DNA of 64,000 bases, from NCBI RefSeq assembly GCF_021028975.2, contig NC_059438.1:25296001-25360000 (forward strand). The letters are read 5' to 3'. The notes beneath the pieces are model-generated. The model saw nothing but the letters and a program-made list of their open reading frames with translations. It did not search any database and was not told the origin of the DNA. The position numbers and the translations under genes were made by a program. This document shows positions 52,475 through 63,719 of this stretch, one piece after another (within the stretch, counting starts at the first letter, position 1; each line of letters begins with the position of its first letter). Source of the stretch: Sphaerodactylus townsendi (lineage: Eukaryota).

Positions 52475-53335
52475 CACTGGCGTAATGCCCATTGGGCAAG
52501 GTGGGCAGCGGCCCAGGGCATCACCTTGTGGGGGGCATCAAAATGCTGGGTTCGTTTTTGGGTATTTTAGTGGTTTTCCATTTTTGGCCTGCAGGGGGCG
52601 CAGTTTTGGCCTGCAGGGGGCTAGCGGCACCAAAATGTCAGTGTATCATCAGGAGACTGTCCTTATGCAACCCCCCCCCCCCCCCCGTTTGGTGAGGTTT
52701 GGTTCAGGGAGTCCAAAGTTATGGACTTTGAGCAGCAGTGGCGAAGGGGGTTAAGAGCTCGTGTATCTAATCTGGAGGAACCGGGTTTGATTCCCAGCTC
52801 TGCCTCTTGAGCTGTGGAGGCTTATCTGGGCAATTCAGATTAGCCTGTACACTCCCACACACGCCAGCTGGGTGACCTTGGGCTAGTCACAGCTTCTCGG
52901 AGCTCTCTCAGCCCCACCTACCTCACAGGATGTTTGTTGTGAGGGGGGAAGGGTAAGGAGATTGTAAGCCCCTTTGAGTCTCCTGCAGGAGAGAAAGGGG
53001 GGATATAAATCCAAACTCTTCTTCTTCTTCTTCCTATTAGCTTCCATTTGAAACAATGGGGGATGGGGAAACCCCCCCCTTTGGAAGTCCATAATTTTGG
53101 ACTCCTAGAACCAAACCTCACCAAACTTGGGGAGTAGCATAAGGACAGTCTCCTGATGATACGCTGAAATTTTGGTGCTGATATGTCTAAAAAGGCACCC
53201 CCTGCAGGCACCAATGTCCTGGTGCAAAAAAAAAATTGGTCGTGGTGGAGTGGCCACCCATGGGGGGGGGGGGGCATACAACTCAGGTTTTGCCCAGGGC
53301 TACAGTTTGCCCAGGGCTGCCTTGTTACGCCCCTG
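52475..53335. mobile_element. hAT MITE with a nested CORE SINE (52735-53033)
   Basis: Ends CACTGGCGTAA / TTACGCCCCTG and a perfect 8-bp TSD CCAGCGAA (52467-52474, 53336-53343). Confidence 0.9.
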
Positions 53336-53771
53336 CCAGCGAATCAACACCAAAGCTGCAGAGAAGATGGTGGAATAGAACATGACATTTGAATTATATT
53401 AAACCCTGGGGAAAGAGTTATGACCCACAGCGCTGTTAATATTCATTTTTATTGTGGTATTTATTGATGCATTTGCCGGTTGGCTGTACAACAAGAATTC
53501 AGATGCAGGCAGCCAGCCAAACTTTTCTGGTCAAGAGCAGTTTAGCAGTTAGAGCGTCAGGGCCAGAGTTTGGGGAGACCTGGGTTCAAATTTCTGTTTG
53601 ACTCCCTTTGGGCAAGTCACTTTCTCCCCCTCTCTGTCTACCTTACAGGGTTGTTGTGCGGAAGAACTAGCGAGAGGTACAAACCACATGGATGACCCGG
53701 AACTCTTTGGGGTAGGAAAAGAACTAAAGGTTCAGGACTGTTGAAATAAGAACCAACAGTGAAAAGCAAGA

Positions 53772-53843
53772 CTTGGGTGCTGTGTGGTTTCCGGGCTATA
53801 TGGCCGTGTTCTAGCAGCATTCTCTCCTGACGTTTCGCCAGCA
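53772..53843 (-). mobile_element. Penelope-like element terminal fragment carrying the 3' half of a hammerhead motif
   Basis: Minus strand GCGAAACGTCAGGAGAGAATGCTGCTAGAACACGGCC, recalled as a squamate PLE pseudo-LTR end. The CTGAAGA half is missing. Confidence 0.55.
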
Positions 53844-55969
53844 ATGACACTAAAGATTTTATTTCATTTCGATGCTTAATGACAAAGTACTGGAAAATTG
53901 TTTTTCGGTTTTAAGGGTTAATATTCGGTTTTATTTCGGTTTTAAGGGTTAATACTTCTACCAACTTTAAGGGAAGTTAATATTCGGTGCAGAAGACGCT
54001 GGGAGTCTTTATGGAATAAGTACAAATAAAGAATTGAATTACTAAAAATAAACACGGTGTAGTCACTAGATTAGGGCACAGTCAACGTTCCCCGTAAAGT
54101 GCATGGGTGCGCGGCTGCATGGCCTCCGTATTGGTGCTGCGGGAATTGTTTAGAGGGACTATTGGGTCCAATAGTAGCTTAGAGGCTGAAAGCTAAGGTG
54201 CCGCTGAACTCAAATCCAACTGCTCTTCTGCAGACCCAGCAACTGCCCTGGGAAACTGTGTAGCAGCAGCACCTAGTGGTCAAAGAGCAACTTTCCCAGG
54301 CTGGCCAAGAGTTTGATCTAAGCATGGAGTGGGAGTGTCAGAACCATGCCGACTCTGGGATCTCTACCGTTTGCAAACCAAAGCCACCAATCTTTTATTG
54401 CTGCTCCATCTCCTGTTGCTTCGTGCTGAATTTTTCTACCAAACGTATGCTAATTGCCTAATGGTGCTTCGTGCATTGATCGCACGCTAATGGTGTAAGG
54501 CTGTGAAAGAAGCCAACAAATTAGGAATCTCAGCCATGAAAACAGGCAAACTGCAGCAGTTCTGAATAGCGTACGAAACAAACAAAATGAGAAAAGGCAG
54601 GCTTGCATTGTCGAGCAGAACAACCAGAAGCATCCTGGTCTCCAAGAGCTTTTAATTTTACTTTAAAGCAGACACGAGCAAAGGTGAACAGGTGGAGCTC
54701 GGTTGAGCGGTGCAGGCTGGGGTTTCCCAGTGCCCTTGTGTGATCTGCCTCATCTCCTCTCATCCCTGTTATTTATTATTTGATAAACCCTTGACTCGGG
54801 ACAAAAAGCCATATATCCATCGGTGTCATCCAAGCGCAGATTAAAAAACAAGGATCCACATTCAGACGCAGCATCAAAACGGCTTCCAAGGGACGCTCTA
54901 AGTTGAGGGCTTTGCAGCTGTCAAGTTGGGAAGCTACAGGTGCGTGGGTCTGCCCAGCAAAATTTAAATGGCCCGGAAGGGTTGTGATACTACACCCTCA
55001 ATTCTGGTAATAAAGACCACTGTCAGCAGCAAGTAACCTGTTTTTAAAAAGTAGATTTGGGATTCAGGAACCTCCTTTGGCTATTCACCTAAGAGATAAC
55101 CATGACCTCATTGACATTCTGGTACCTTCTAGAATATCAGAGTTAAGGGTGAGTCTCAATTTTTGTTTCAACCAAGAACTTCCTTTTGATTTTTCTTTTC
55201 CCGTCCTCTAGATCCATGGTTTTCACATCTTTCCATTTCCCTCCAGGACTGAAATCGTTTCTTTACTTGAAAGATTCATGCATTTTTCTGCATTATCTGT
55301 GCATCCGTAAATCAGCATTACGCATGAGACATATATTATGCATATAATCAACTTTCATTTTGCATATAAGCACCATATAAATTAAAAACTGTCCAGCCTG
55401 CAGTAAACTGAAACGGTTGATAAAAATTTAAATAAATATGGAAAAAAACTCGAACGGGGATCTTTTGTTCATTCCTATTGATTCCTCTTATATCAACAGA
55501 GGTACTTTCAGGATTCATACAGGTGTCAAAGAGGCGGTGGACTGGATTGTACCACTTCAGATTGCAAGAGAGGCATCATTTTGGGATGGCCATGTATTTT
55601 TTTTAATTCCCTGAAAACAGAAAAACAGGACTAAAAGGAGGCAGAGTCTTTCTCTCTGTTGTGGTATCTTTCTGTCTACTGGGAATGTTTGCATGGCTAG
55701 GGAGCATCAGCCCCATGCACGCCTCCCTTTCCGGGGACCAGAGCTGCCCCCACGCACCCACCCACCCAGCAGCTGCCCCCCTGCAAGCGACGGACCCACT
55801 GCCCCGCAGGCCCACCCAGCCGAGCGCGCCTCCACTGACAGCCCCTCCCCGTCCATCAGGGCCAGCGAGGAAGGGGGGAGGGGGGCGGCCAGAGTCCCCC
55901 CAGCGACGGCGACGACCCTCCACCACCAGCAGCAGCAGCAATCCCTGCCGAAGGGTCCCCTCCTCCCCC

Positions 55970-56080
55970 CGCCCCCAATCGGTGCGCTCTGTCGGGCGAA
56001 AGGTGCGGCCATTGGCCAGGAGGCGCCAGGGAGGGGCTCCCGTCATTGGCTTCAGGTGGAGGAGGCCAAGCCCCGCCTCC
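55970..56080. promoter_or_regulatory. Orphan CCAAT/GC-box promoter-like segment in a small CpG island
   Basis: CCAATC (~55976), ATTGG (56011, 56045) and CCCCGCC (~56070) in CpG-rich DNA with no annotated gene. Confidence 0.45.
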
Positions 56081-56369
56081 GCGGGATGCCCTCCCCCTCC
56101 GCCCTTTCCAAAACGACATTGCCGGCGACAGCCCCCTTCCCCACCCCTCACCCCCGCAGAACAGGACTGCTGCTGGGGGGGCTGGACTCTGGGACGACAC
56201 CCCCCCCCCGCCACACAGATCCCCGTCTGAAGCACCTTACTTTTCACCCCCAAACTTCCGCCACACCTGCCCTGGTTGGGGACCCCCACCCCTCGCCCTG
56301 ATCGACGACAGCGGTGGGGAGAGCCGACCCCTTTCCCCACCCATTGAGCCTGCCATAATTAGAACGTCC

Positions 56370-56980
56370 ATTACCAGCCATTGCCAGGGCCATTACCGAC
56401 CACTGCCGTTATAACGATCGCTATAACGATCGTTTTAAGGGGCATTGCCAGGACCATTACCGGCCCTTGCCATTATAACGATCGTTATAACGATTGTATT
56501 AAGAGCTGTTGCCAGGGCCACTACAGTTATAACGATCGTTATAACGATCGTGTTAAGGGGCGTTGCCAGGGCCATTACCGACCACTGCCGTTATAACGAT
56601 CGCTGGCCCGATGCGCTTTGGGAGACATTACAGGGGCAACAGCCCTAGCAAACCGCGATCGTTAGCGATGCGTGTTGAAGCGTTGCCGGAGACGTCTACC
56701 GACCACTGCCGTTATAACGATCGCTATAACGATCGCTTTAAGGGGCGTTGCCAGGGCAACAGCCCTAAACACGATCGTTATAACGATCGTGTTAAGGGGC
56801 ATTGCCAGGGCCATTACCGACCACTGCCGTTATAACGATCGCTATAACGATCGTTTTAAGGGGCATTACCAGGGCAACAGCCCTAAACACGATCGTTATA
56901 AGGGCCGTTGCCAGGGCCGTTACCGACCACTGCCGTTATAACGATCGTTTTAACGGCAATGGCCAGGGCCATTACCGCCT
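56370..56980. repeat. CpG-rich palindromic minisatellite (~54-64-bp units built on TTATAACGATCG)
   Basis: About 9-10 units of GCCAGGGCCATTACCGACCACTGCCGTTATAACGATCGCTATAACGATCG…AAGGGGC, containing 15 CGATCG hexamers. Confidence 0.9.
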
Positions 56981-57539
56981 TTGCTCTTGCTGCTGCTTTG
57001 GGGGCCAGCGGGGCTCTGCGGCTGCCTGCCCGACAGGTGAGTCCCAAACGGCAGAGAGTCGCGCCCAGCCGCGGGATGCAGTGGGGAGGAGGAGCAGTCC
57101 AAGCCCCGCAGCTGCTGCTGTAGGGAAGGCGGAGGGAGATTTGGGGTAAAGGGGTGGAGCCGATCCTCCAACTGTGGTCTGTTCGATTCCTTCAGATGCC
57201 TACCTCCGGGAGGGGGGGAAGTGTTTTCCTTGCAAGATCTGCGGAGGTAATTGGATTGTCCCCGTCCCCCCCCCCCCGCGCATAGTGGCCAGGTGGGAGC
57301 CTTCTTTGCCCTGAGGTGGGTTTGCATGCTTATCATAGATGGTTTCAGAAAGACGGCTTTCTCTGCCATTCATAAAATTGTACAAGGGGGTGGGGGTGGG
57401 GGTGGGGGGGTGTATTACCAGTCCGCACCCTGCATGGGGTGTTTTCACTGTGACTGCGTTCATGCTCTTAGGCATGCACGTAGGTAAGGGGGGGTTCTCG
57501 GGTTTGAAACCCCCCCCATTCATGTTAGAAGCTCCGCCC

Positions 57540-58390
57540 ACCCGTTTGTGGGTTTTAAAAACATTTTAGTGCTTTTTAGATTTTTGGCCTGCAGGGGGCG
57601 CATTGTTTGGGCTAGCTGCACCACACTTTCAGGGATTGTTTGGGGGGCTCTCCTGATGATACTACCCAGGTTTGGTGAGGTTTGGTTCAGGGGGTCCAAA
57701 GTTATGGACTCCCAAAGGGAGTGCCCCATCCTCCATTGTTTTCAATGGGAGCTAATAGAAGATGGGGGCTACACCTTTGCAGGTCCATAACTTTGGACCC
57801 CCTGAACCAAACTTCACCAAACCTGGGTGGTATCATTACGAGAGACTCCTAAAGATACCCTGAAAGTTTGGTGCTTCTAGCTTAACAATTTCACCCCGAC
57901 AGCAGGCACCCCCCAAATTTTTCCAGATTCTCGTTTTAAATCCACCCTCTTCGGCATGGATTTAAAGGGAGAATCTGAGGTCCTCAGTTTAAAAGAAGAA
58001 GAAGAGTTTGGATTTATATCCTCCCTTTCTCTCCTGTAGGAGACTCAAAGGAGCTTACAATCTCCTTGCCCTTGCTCCCTCACAACAAACATCCTGTGAG
58101 GTGGGTGGGGCTGAGAGAGCTCCGAAAAGCTGTGACTAGCCCAAGGTCACCCAGCTGGCATGTGTGGGAGTGCGCAGGCTAATCTGAATTCCCCAGATAA
58201 GTCTTCACACTTCAAGTGGCAGAGCAGGGAAACCCGGTTCCTCTAGATTAGAATGCACCTGCTCTTAACCACTACGCCACATTGAAATGATGCTGTTTTA
58301 GGGTGGGGGATAATCCACCCCAAAACAGCATCACTTTCAATGTTGTTTAACTAGGGACCCCAGATTCTCTCTTTAAGGTGGATTTAAAAG
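57540..58390. mobile_element. Palindromic DNA-transposon-derived repeat (same family as 25640-27564) with a nested CORE SINE (57993-58280, minus)
   Basis: GGTTCAGGGGGTCCAAAGTTATGGAC...GTCCATAACTTTGGACCCCCTGAACC internal palindrome, with modules shared with the other copies. Confidence 0.75.
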
Positions 58391-59507
58391 GAGTACTTAG
58401 GAGTAAGTCCTGCCTTATTCAAAGGGGCTTCCTTTCAGGAGCTCAGCCTAAATTGCAGAGACTGGGAGCAACAAATTAGCTTCAGCATCCCTCCCCCAGC
58501 TTGGACCCTGCAATGAATTTTGGGACAAATTTGATTTGGGGGGCTCAAGAACTGCATGTATTGGCAGCCAGTTTTCAGGATCTGGAAGAGGCCATCTTGA
58601 CCTTCTACCAATTTGCCCCCCAACCCCACCAGTTAGTCAGTAGCTTCTGGCTCACTTTGTTGCCTTCTCAGATGTTAACATAGGGTGTTTAAAACAACAA
58701 ACACACACCTTTTAACCTTTCAGGTGAGCAGGGTTACGAGAGGGAGTGCTCTGAAACAGCAAATGCAGTTTGCAAATGCATTTGGTGTGAAGGGTGCAGG
58801 ATTGGAAAGCAGTGGACCGAGGAAGGTAAAGTAGACCCTTTTCATTTTTACTTTTGCTCATATTCCTAAGGGATATGCAGTGCTGTAAGAGGAGAAAGTA
58901 GCACAAGGGGTCTATCACTCCATCCTTTTCCCATCACTCCTCTTTTGGCCCCTTACATTAAGGTTGACACTTGAAAGTCTTACAGTGTGATTCACACCAA
59001 GCCTCGCCGCCTCCTCTTCCCCAACTTTCCTCACAAAAATTCCTCAGTGTGATTGTCTATCACATGCCTGACAAGCAGGCTGTGACCCACGCTCATATTG
59101 AAACACATGTTGTCACTCATTAAGGCACCACGAGATTTTGTTTCATTTTTGGGAGGGCCAAGCCAGGGAAGCAAAAATGCCCAAGAGTTGGTTTTTATGC
59201 CCTGCTTTTCTCTACCTTTAAGCAGTCTCTCAAAGCAGTTTAAAATTGCCTTCCCCTCCCCACAACGGACACTTTAAGTGGTAGGCCCCTTTGTTTGCTG
59301 CTGTAACATCATGTGGCCCCTACTGCCCTTCTTTTCTGATATATGTCTGAGAGGGAATTGATAGCAGGCGCCATCTTGAGCTAACATTAATATTAATTTT
59401 ATAAGCTGCATTTTAATGGGGTAGGGTTTATTTTTATTATTTATTGTATTTTAAATTGATTGTGCTCTATCTATACTGTACACCACCCTGAGCCCTCCGG
59501 GGGAGGG

Positions 59508-59657
59508 NNNNNNNNNNNNNNNNNNNNNNNNNNNNNNNNNNNNNNNNNNNNNNNNNNNNNNNNNNNNNNNNNNNNNNNNNNNNNNNNNNNNNNNNNNNNN
59601 NNNNNNNNNNNNNNNNNNNNNNNNNNNNNNNNNNNNNNNNNNNNNNNNNNNNNNNNN
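59508..59657. other. Assembly gap (150 N)
   Basis: Run of N between an L2-like tail and a SINE head. Confidence 1.
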
Positions 59658-59779
59658 CCCTTCAGATTAGAGGCTACCGCTCTTAACCACTACACCATGC
59701 TGGCTTTCTTGGCCTAAAGGAGCATAAAGTTAGATTTGTCAGTCACCAACTTCAGGTGTAATCGTTCCATCCTGTTCTT

Positions 59780-60058
59780 GAAGAAGAAAAGTTGGATTTA
59801 TATCCCCCCCTTTCTCTCCTATAGGAGACTCAAAGGGGCTTACAAACTCATTTCCCTTCTCCCCTCACAACAAACACCCTGTGAGGTAGGTGGGGCTGAG
59901 AAAGCTCCGAAGAACTGTGACTAGCCCAAGGTCACCCAGCTGGTGTGTGTTGGATCTGAATTCCCCAGATAAGCCTCCACAGCTCAGGCGGCAGAGCGGG
60001 GAATCAAACCTGGTTCCTCCAGATTAGAGTACACCTGCTCTTAACCATTATGCCACTG
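59780..60058 (-). mobile_element. CORE SINE (Squam3-like)
   Basis: Matches the other young copies. Confidence 0.85.
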
Positions 60059-61641
60059 CTGCTCCGTAGAAAGTTCCATGTGATTCCTACAGGGCTTGGG
60101 GAGGGGCCGTGTCTTATTGACAGAATCTCGGATGCTTAGCATGATGAACAAAGCAACAGTAATAATGCACATAAATGTTGAGCAAGCTTGTCTCTGTGTC
60201 ACCACACGAGCACACATTTGCCCAGCCAGAGTGAGGGCCGTAGAAGTCACCCCGGATCAAATTTTCCCCTTCAGTTGCTCCCCTCCCCTTATGGCCCACT
60301 CCATCTCAAGGTACAACATTCAAGGTTTCCAAAACTGGCCATGGGGTCACCCACTTTCTGAACTTCGCAATAGGTATGGAGGATCTTATTGTATTGCAAC
60401 GTTGAAAATGATGCAAGTTGGGCATAAACAATTACGTCAGGATTTGGGGGGTGGGAAATGGGAAAGATGTAACTGCTGTAAGCAGTGGGAATTTTCCAGA
60501 GAAGGGGGAGGGGGGTTCCCCACGGCTTATTCACAGTTTGGCCAAGCCATCAATCATCCCTCCCAGCTCATTTACATCATTACCTGAGGTTCTGGAGAGC
60601 TGGCTATCATCACGAATATCTTCTTCCCGGATTGTCGAAAGAGGGGATGGGTGTTCCGCCGTGCCTGCGGCAGTCGTGTAATGGTGACTACAAACAATGC
60701 CTGTGGGCCTGACGGTGGCATTTGGGCCCAGAAGCATGTCCAGCTCCTCATAGTAGGGGCAGGTTTTGCGGCTGTTTCCAGAAATGGAATTGTGCTCAAC
60801 AACCCGCTTATAATCTCTCTTGAGTGCCTTAAATTTATTTCTGCACTCCAGCGGAGACCTTTTGTGGCCCCTATTGGACATCTCCGCCGCGACCCTTTCA
60901 AAAAGATGGATGTTACGGTGGCATTTCTTGGTTCTACTGTGGCGCTCAAGCTCACCCCAGATTTCAATCAAGTCCCCTGTCTCCCGGTCCCTCCAGGAAA
61001 CGCCTCTCCCTACCCCTCGGCTACCTGAACCGGTATCGGAGAAGGAAGCGGTGGTCTCACAATAGAGATCCATTGTAATTCGCCAAGGGATTTCGAAGCA
61101 ATGAAATTAGGATTTGCTGACCACCCCCCTTCAAACATTCCTCCTGCAAGTAGGGAGGAAAGATCTAGGCAGCAAGCGTTAGTGATTGGTTGATACACAA
61201 TAGGCAGGTACAGTAGGGCGACGTGGAATTGATCGCCGGGCGGATGCTTCATGCGCAACACAAGCAAATGGTCCCTTTACAGATTTTGCTTTTCGGCGCG
61301 GCGACTTTCTGGCTATACGCATGCTCTGCATGGTTGATTATGATTGGCTTGCCGAAAACGCGCCTTGATTGGTTAAAGCGAAACTAAGCCCTGATTGGGC
61401 AGAGACAGGAACGACTCGATTGGCTGGAGGGGCGAGTCGAGTCCAGCTCAACAGACTGTCCTCCGAAGCGTGAGCTCGACGCGAGTTCACAAAAAAGTAC
61501 TCCCTCCAAGCAGGGTTGAGACGATTCCGCTCAGGCAGGTCGAAGGAGAGTCAGACTTGTGTCGAAAACTGTGGCTGTGCGGACTACCCAGGCCGAACAC
61601 AAGTCGAGCTCTGCTGGTAAATGTGCTGTGCGGAATCACCC
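60059..61641 (-). mobile_element. PIF/Harbinger DNA transposon, partial (one terminus visible)
   Basis: Terminus GGGTGATTCCGCACA (minus) followed by CTG, a 3-bp CWG-type target. Subterminal TGTGCGGA repeat. Carries a Myb/SANT ORF. Confidence 0.7.
60531..61073 (-). CDS. Myb/SANT-like (trihelix) DNA-binding protein, Harbinger accessory-protein type
   Basis: W-x3-ET-x2-LI-x2-WGE...RN-x2-LFE-x-VA-x2-M-x2-RGH-x-RS-x2-ECRNKFK-x-LK-x2-Y...TCPYYEELD motif. ATG at 61073. A strong donor CAG|GTAATG at 60584/60583 suggests further exons. Confidence 0.75.
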   Translation of the reverse strand: MDLYCETTASFSDTGSGSRGVGRGVSWRDRETGDLIEIWGELERHSRTKKCHRNIHLFERVAAEMSNRGHKRSPLECRNKFKALKRDYKRVVEHNSISGNSRKTCPYYEELDMLLGPNATVRPTGIVCSHHYTTAAGTAEHPSPLSTIREEDIRDDSQLSRTSGNDVNELGGMIDGLAKL

Positions 61642-62129
61642 CTGGTGTGGTTTCTGCTGGAGCAGAATAGGGAAGGGAGCCACCATCTGACCTTCTGCTG
61701 GCGTGTTGCCAGGGAAAGCGACAGAAGCAAACCTCTTGCAGAGCGTCACAGAATCAAAGAGTTGGAATACAAGCATATAATCCCACCCGCTGCTCTGTGC
61801 AGGCTCTGCCTAGAGCGTCCCAGACAAGTGTTTGTGCCGCTGCTGCTGAAAGGCTGCCAGTGATGGGGAGCTCATCACCTCTCCAGGCAGCCGATTCCAC
61901 TGCTGAACTACTCTCCCTGTAAAGAAATTTTTTCCTAATGTCTTTCTGCCCATTACTGTTACTGCCAGGAAAAATATAAAAATGTTTTTCCTAAGCTTAT
62001 CGCCAAACTGCACTGGCTAAAGACCGGAGCACAGAGACCAGTGTTATTCAGAAGTCTCCATAGGATCTGGAGAGGGCATGTATGTGTGGTTGTGCCAATG
62101 TTTCACATGGTTCTCTTCCTGCTTGTATT

Positions 62130-62567
62130 TCTTTTATTTTTATTTATTTTATTTATTTATTTATTAGATTTTTATACCGCCCTATCCCCGAGGGGCTCTG
62201 GGCGGTGTACAACAATAAACGTAAAATGGCTAAATCTTTAAAAGCAGTGATAAAACAGTAAAAGTTAAATCTTATAAATACAATACAATAAGATACAATA
62301 AAAATACAATAATAAATATAAATGGCGTCCAGCAGCTCCATATTCAAAATCCTCTCCCCAAGAGGGAGGAATGGCAGGTCCCAGATGTAGAGGGCCATGA
62401 GGTAGAGGGTCATGAAAGGTGGGGGGAAGGGGGCACCATCAGCGGCCGGTTCCTCCAAAGGCCCGGTGGAACAGCTCCGTCTTACAGGCCCTGAGGAACT
62501 CACCAAGGTCCCGCAGGGCCCGGACAGTTGGAGGAAGAGCGTTCCACCAGGCCGGGGCCAGAGCCGT
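62130..62567 (-). mobile_element. L2-type LINE 3' end
   Basis: (TTTA)n tail, terminal stem-loop ATACCGCCC...GGGCGG and similarity to 41085-41392. Confidence 0.7.
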
Positions 62568-62578
62568 TTAAGACTTAG

Positions 62579-63414
62579 TGTAAGCCCCTCAGTGTTGGAT
62601 TTATTGTTTGCCTAATGTTTATGTCAATCATTCATCTTAACTAGGTTTTCCAGTTGATTCAAGGTTTAATAATGTTAGTTTAGGATATTCTTGTTCACAT
62701 ATAAGTTCTTTAGGATTGCATCTAATGTTTAAATTAGAAATGTTACTTTAGATATTTGTATCTGTTAGTAAAAGCAATAGTTTGTAGCAACTGATATTAA
62801 GACCCAAGGAAGTTAGTCCTGGAATTCAGTTTGGACCAACACCTGGTAAATCTCTTTAGCAAAAACAAAGACCCTTTTGGAATTACAAATTGAATCTGAT
62901 GATGGCACCTCAGATGCCCCAGCCGTTGAAGAACGTGCCACGACCATCATTGGACCATTTGAACTTTCTTTTGTTGTGGGACTGAAGCATGGGAGCCTCA
63001 AGGAATAACCCAAGGAAGCCACCCATCTGATAACAAGATACCTGGGTGCGTTAACCCAGTTTTATGAATGGACACTCTCCGCTCCCTGTTCCTGCGCTCT
63101 TGTAAAGTCTTGTGGGAAGACGCTCGACTGCGAGATCCCATGGTTCCATTCACAAAGTTGGAACTGTACCTTTCTTTGATGTGTTGATGTTTCTTTATTG
63201 TTGCAAGGTAAGGGGCCTGCCCCCTTACCCTCTTTTGATGTTTGTGTATAAAAGGCCCTGCACTCGGCTATGGCCGCGCAGTCCCCTGCCTGAGCTGTAG
63301 CAATCACTTTTGAACAAAGATATTTTGTTTTCGGAGAACACGGGCTTCCTGTGCCTCACTACGTTGCCTGAACTAAAATCGCTTAATGTTACCGGAGGAG
63401 CAGCGGCAATAACA
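62579..63414 (+). mobile_element. Probable solo LTR
   Basis: TGTAA...TAACA termini, TATAAAA at ~63247 and an AT-rich U3-like part. No clear TSD. Confidence 0.45.
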
Positions 63415-63719
63415 TCATTTATATGCAAAATGGCCAGTCCTGTCCTCCGCTGTGAACTGCAACAGCCCCCCGCCCTCCTCCAAGTGACGACCCTTCAGCT
63501 GCCTCCAGGGCGCCATCGTGCCCCCTCGCCTCCCACCCATGCCTTCCTTCTGCAGGGCCGGCCGGCGCACCTGCAACCAAGGGCCCTGCCAAGAAAGGGG
63601 GCAAGTGGAGCCCTGCTGGAAGGGGGCCCTGGGTATGGCCGGCCGGCTAGGATTGCCAGCCTCCTGGTGGGGGCTGGAGATCCCCTGCTATGAGAAGTGA
63701 CTCCCACCCCACTGAGGGG

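Noticed and set aside
53900-55610. Protein-coding exons on the minus strand behind strong acceptors (55611, ~55399, ~54502)
   Set aside because: The frames I translated stop quickly or match nothing I recognise. At most non-coding exons.
56370-56980. CRISPR-like array or coding repeat (ITIAITIV ORFs)
   Set aside because: Vertebrate DNA, the spacers are not unique and there are no cas genes. The ORFs are translations of the minisatellite.
62894-62940. CTGATGA followed by a short hairpin in the putative LTR
   Set aside because: No correctly placed GAAA box or stems I/III, so not a hammerhead.
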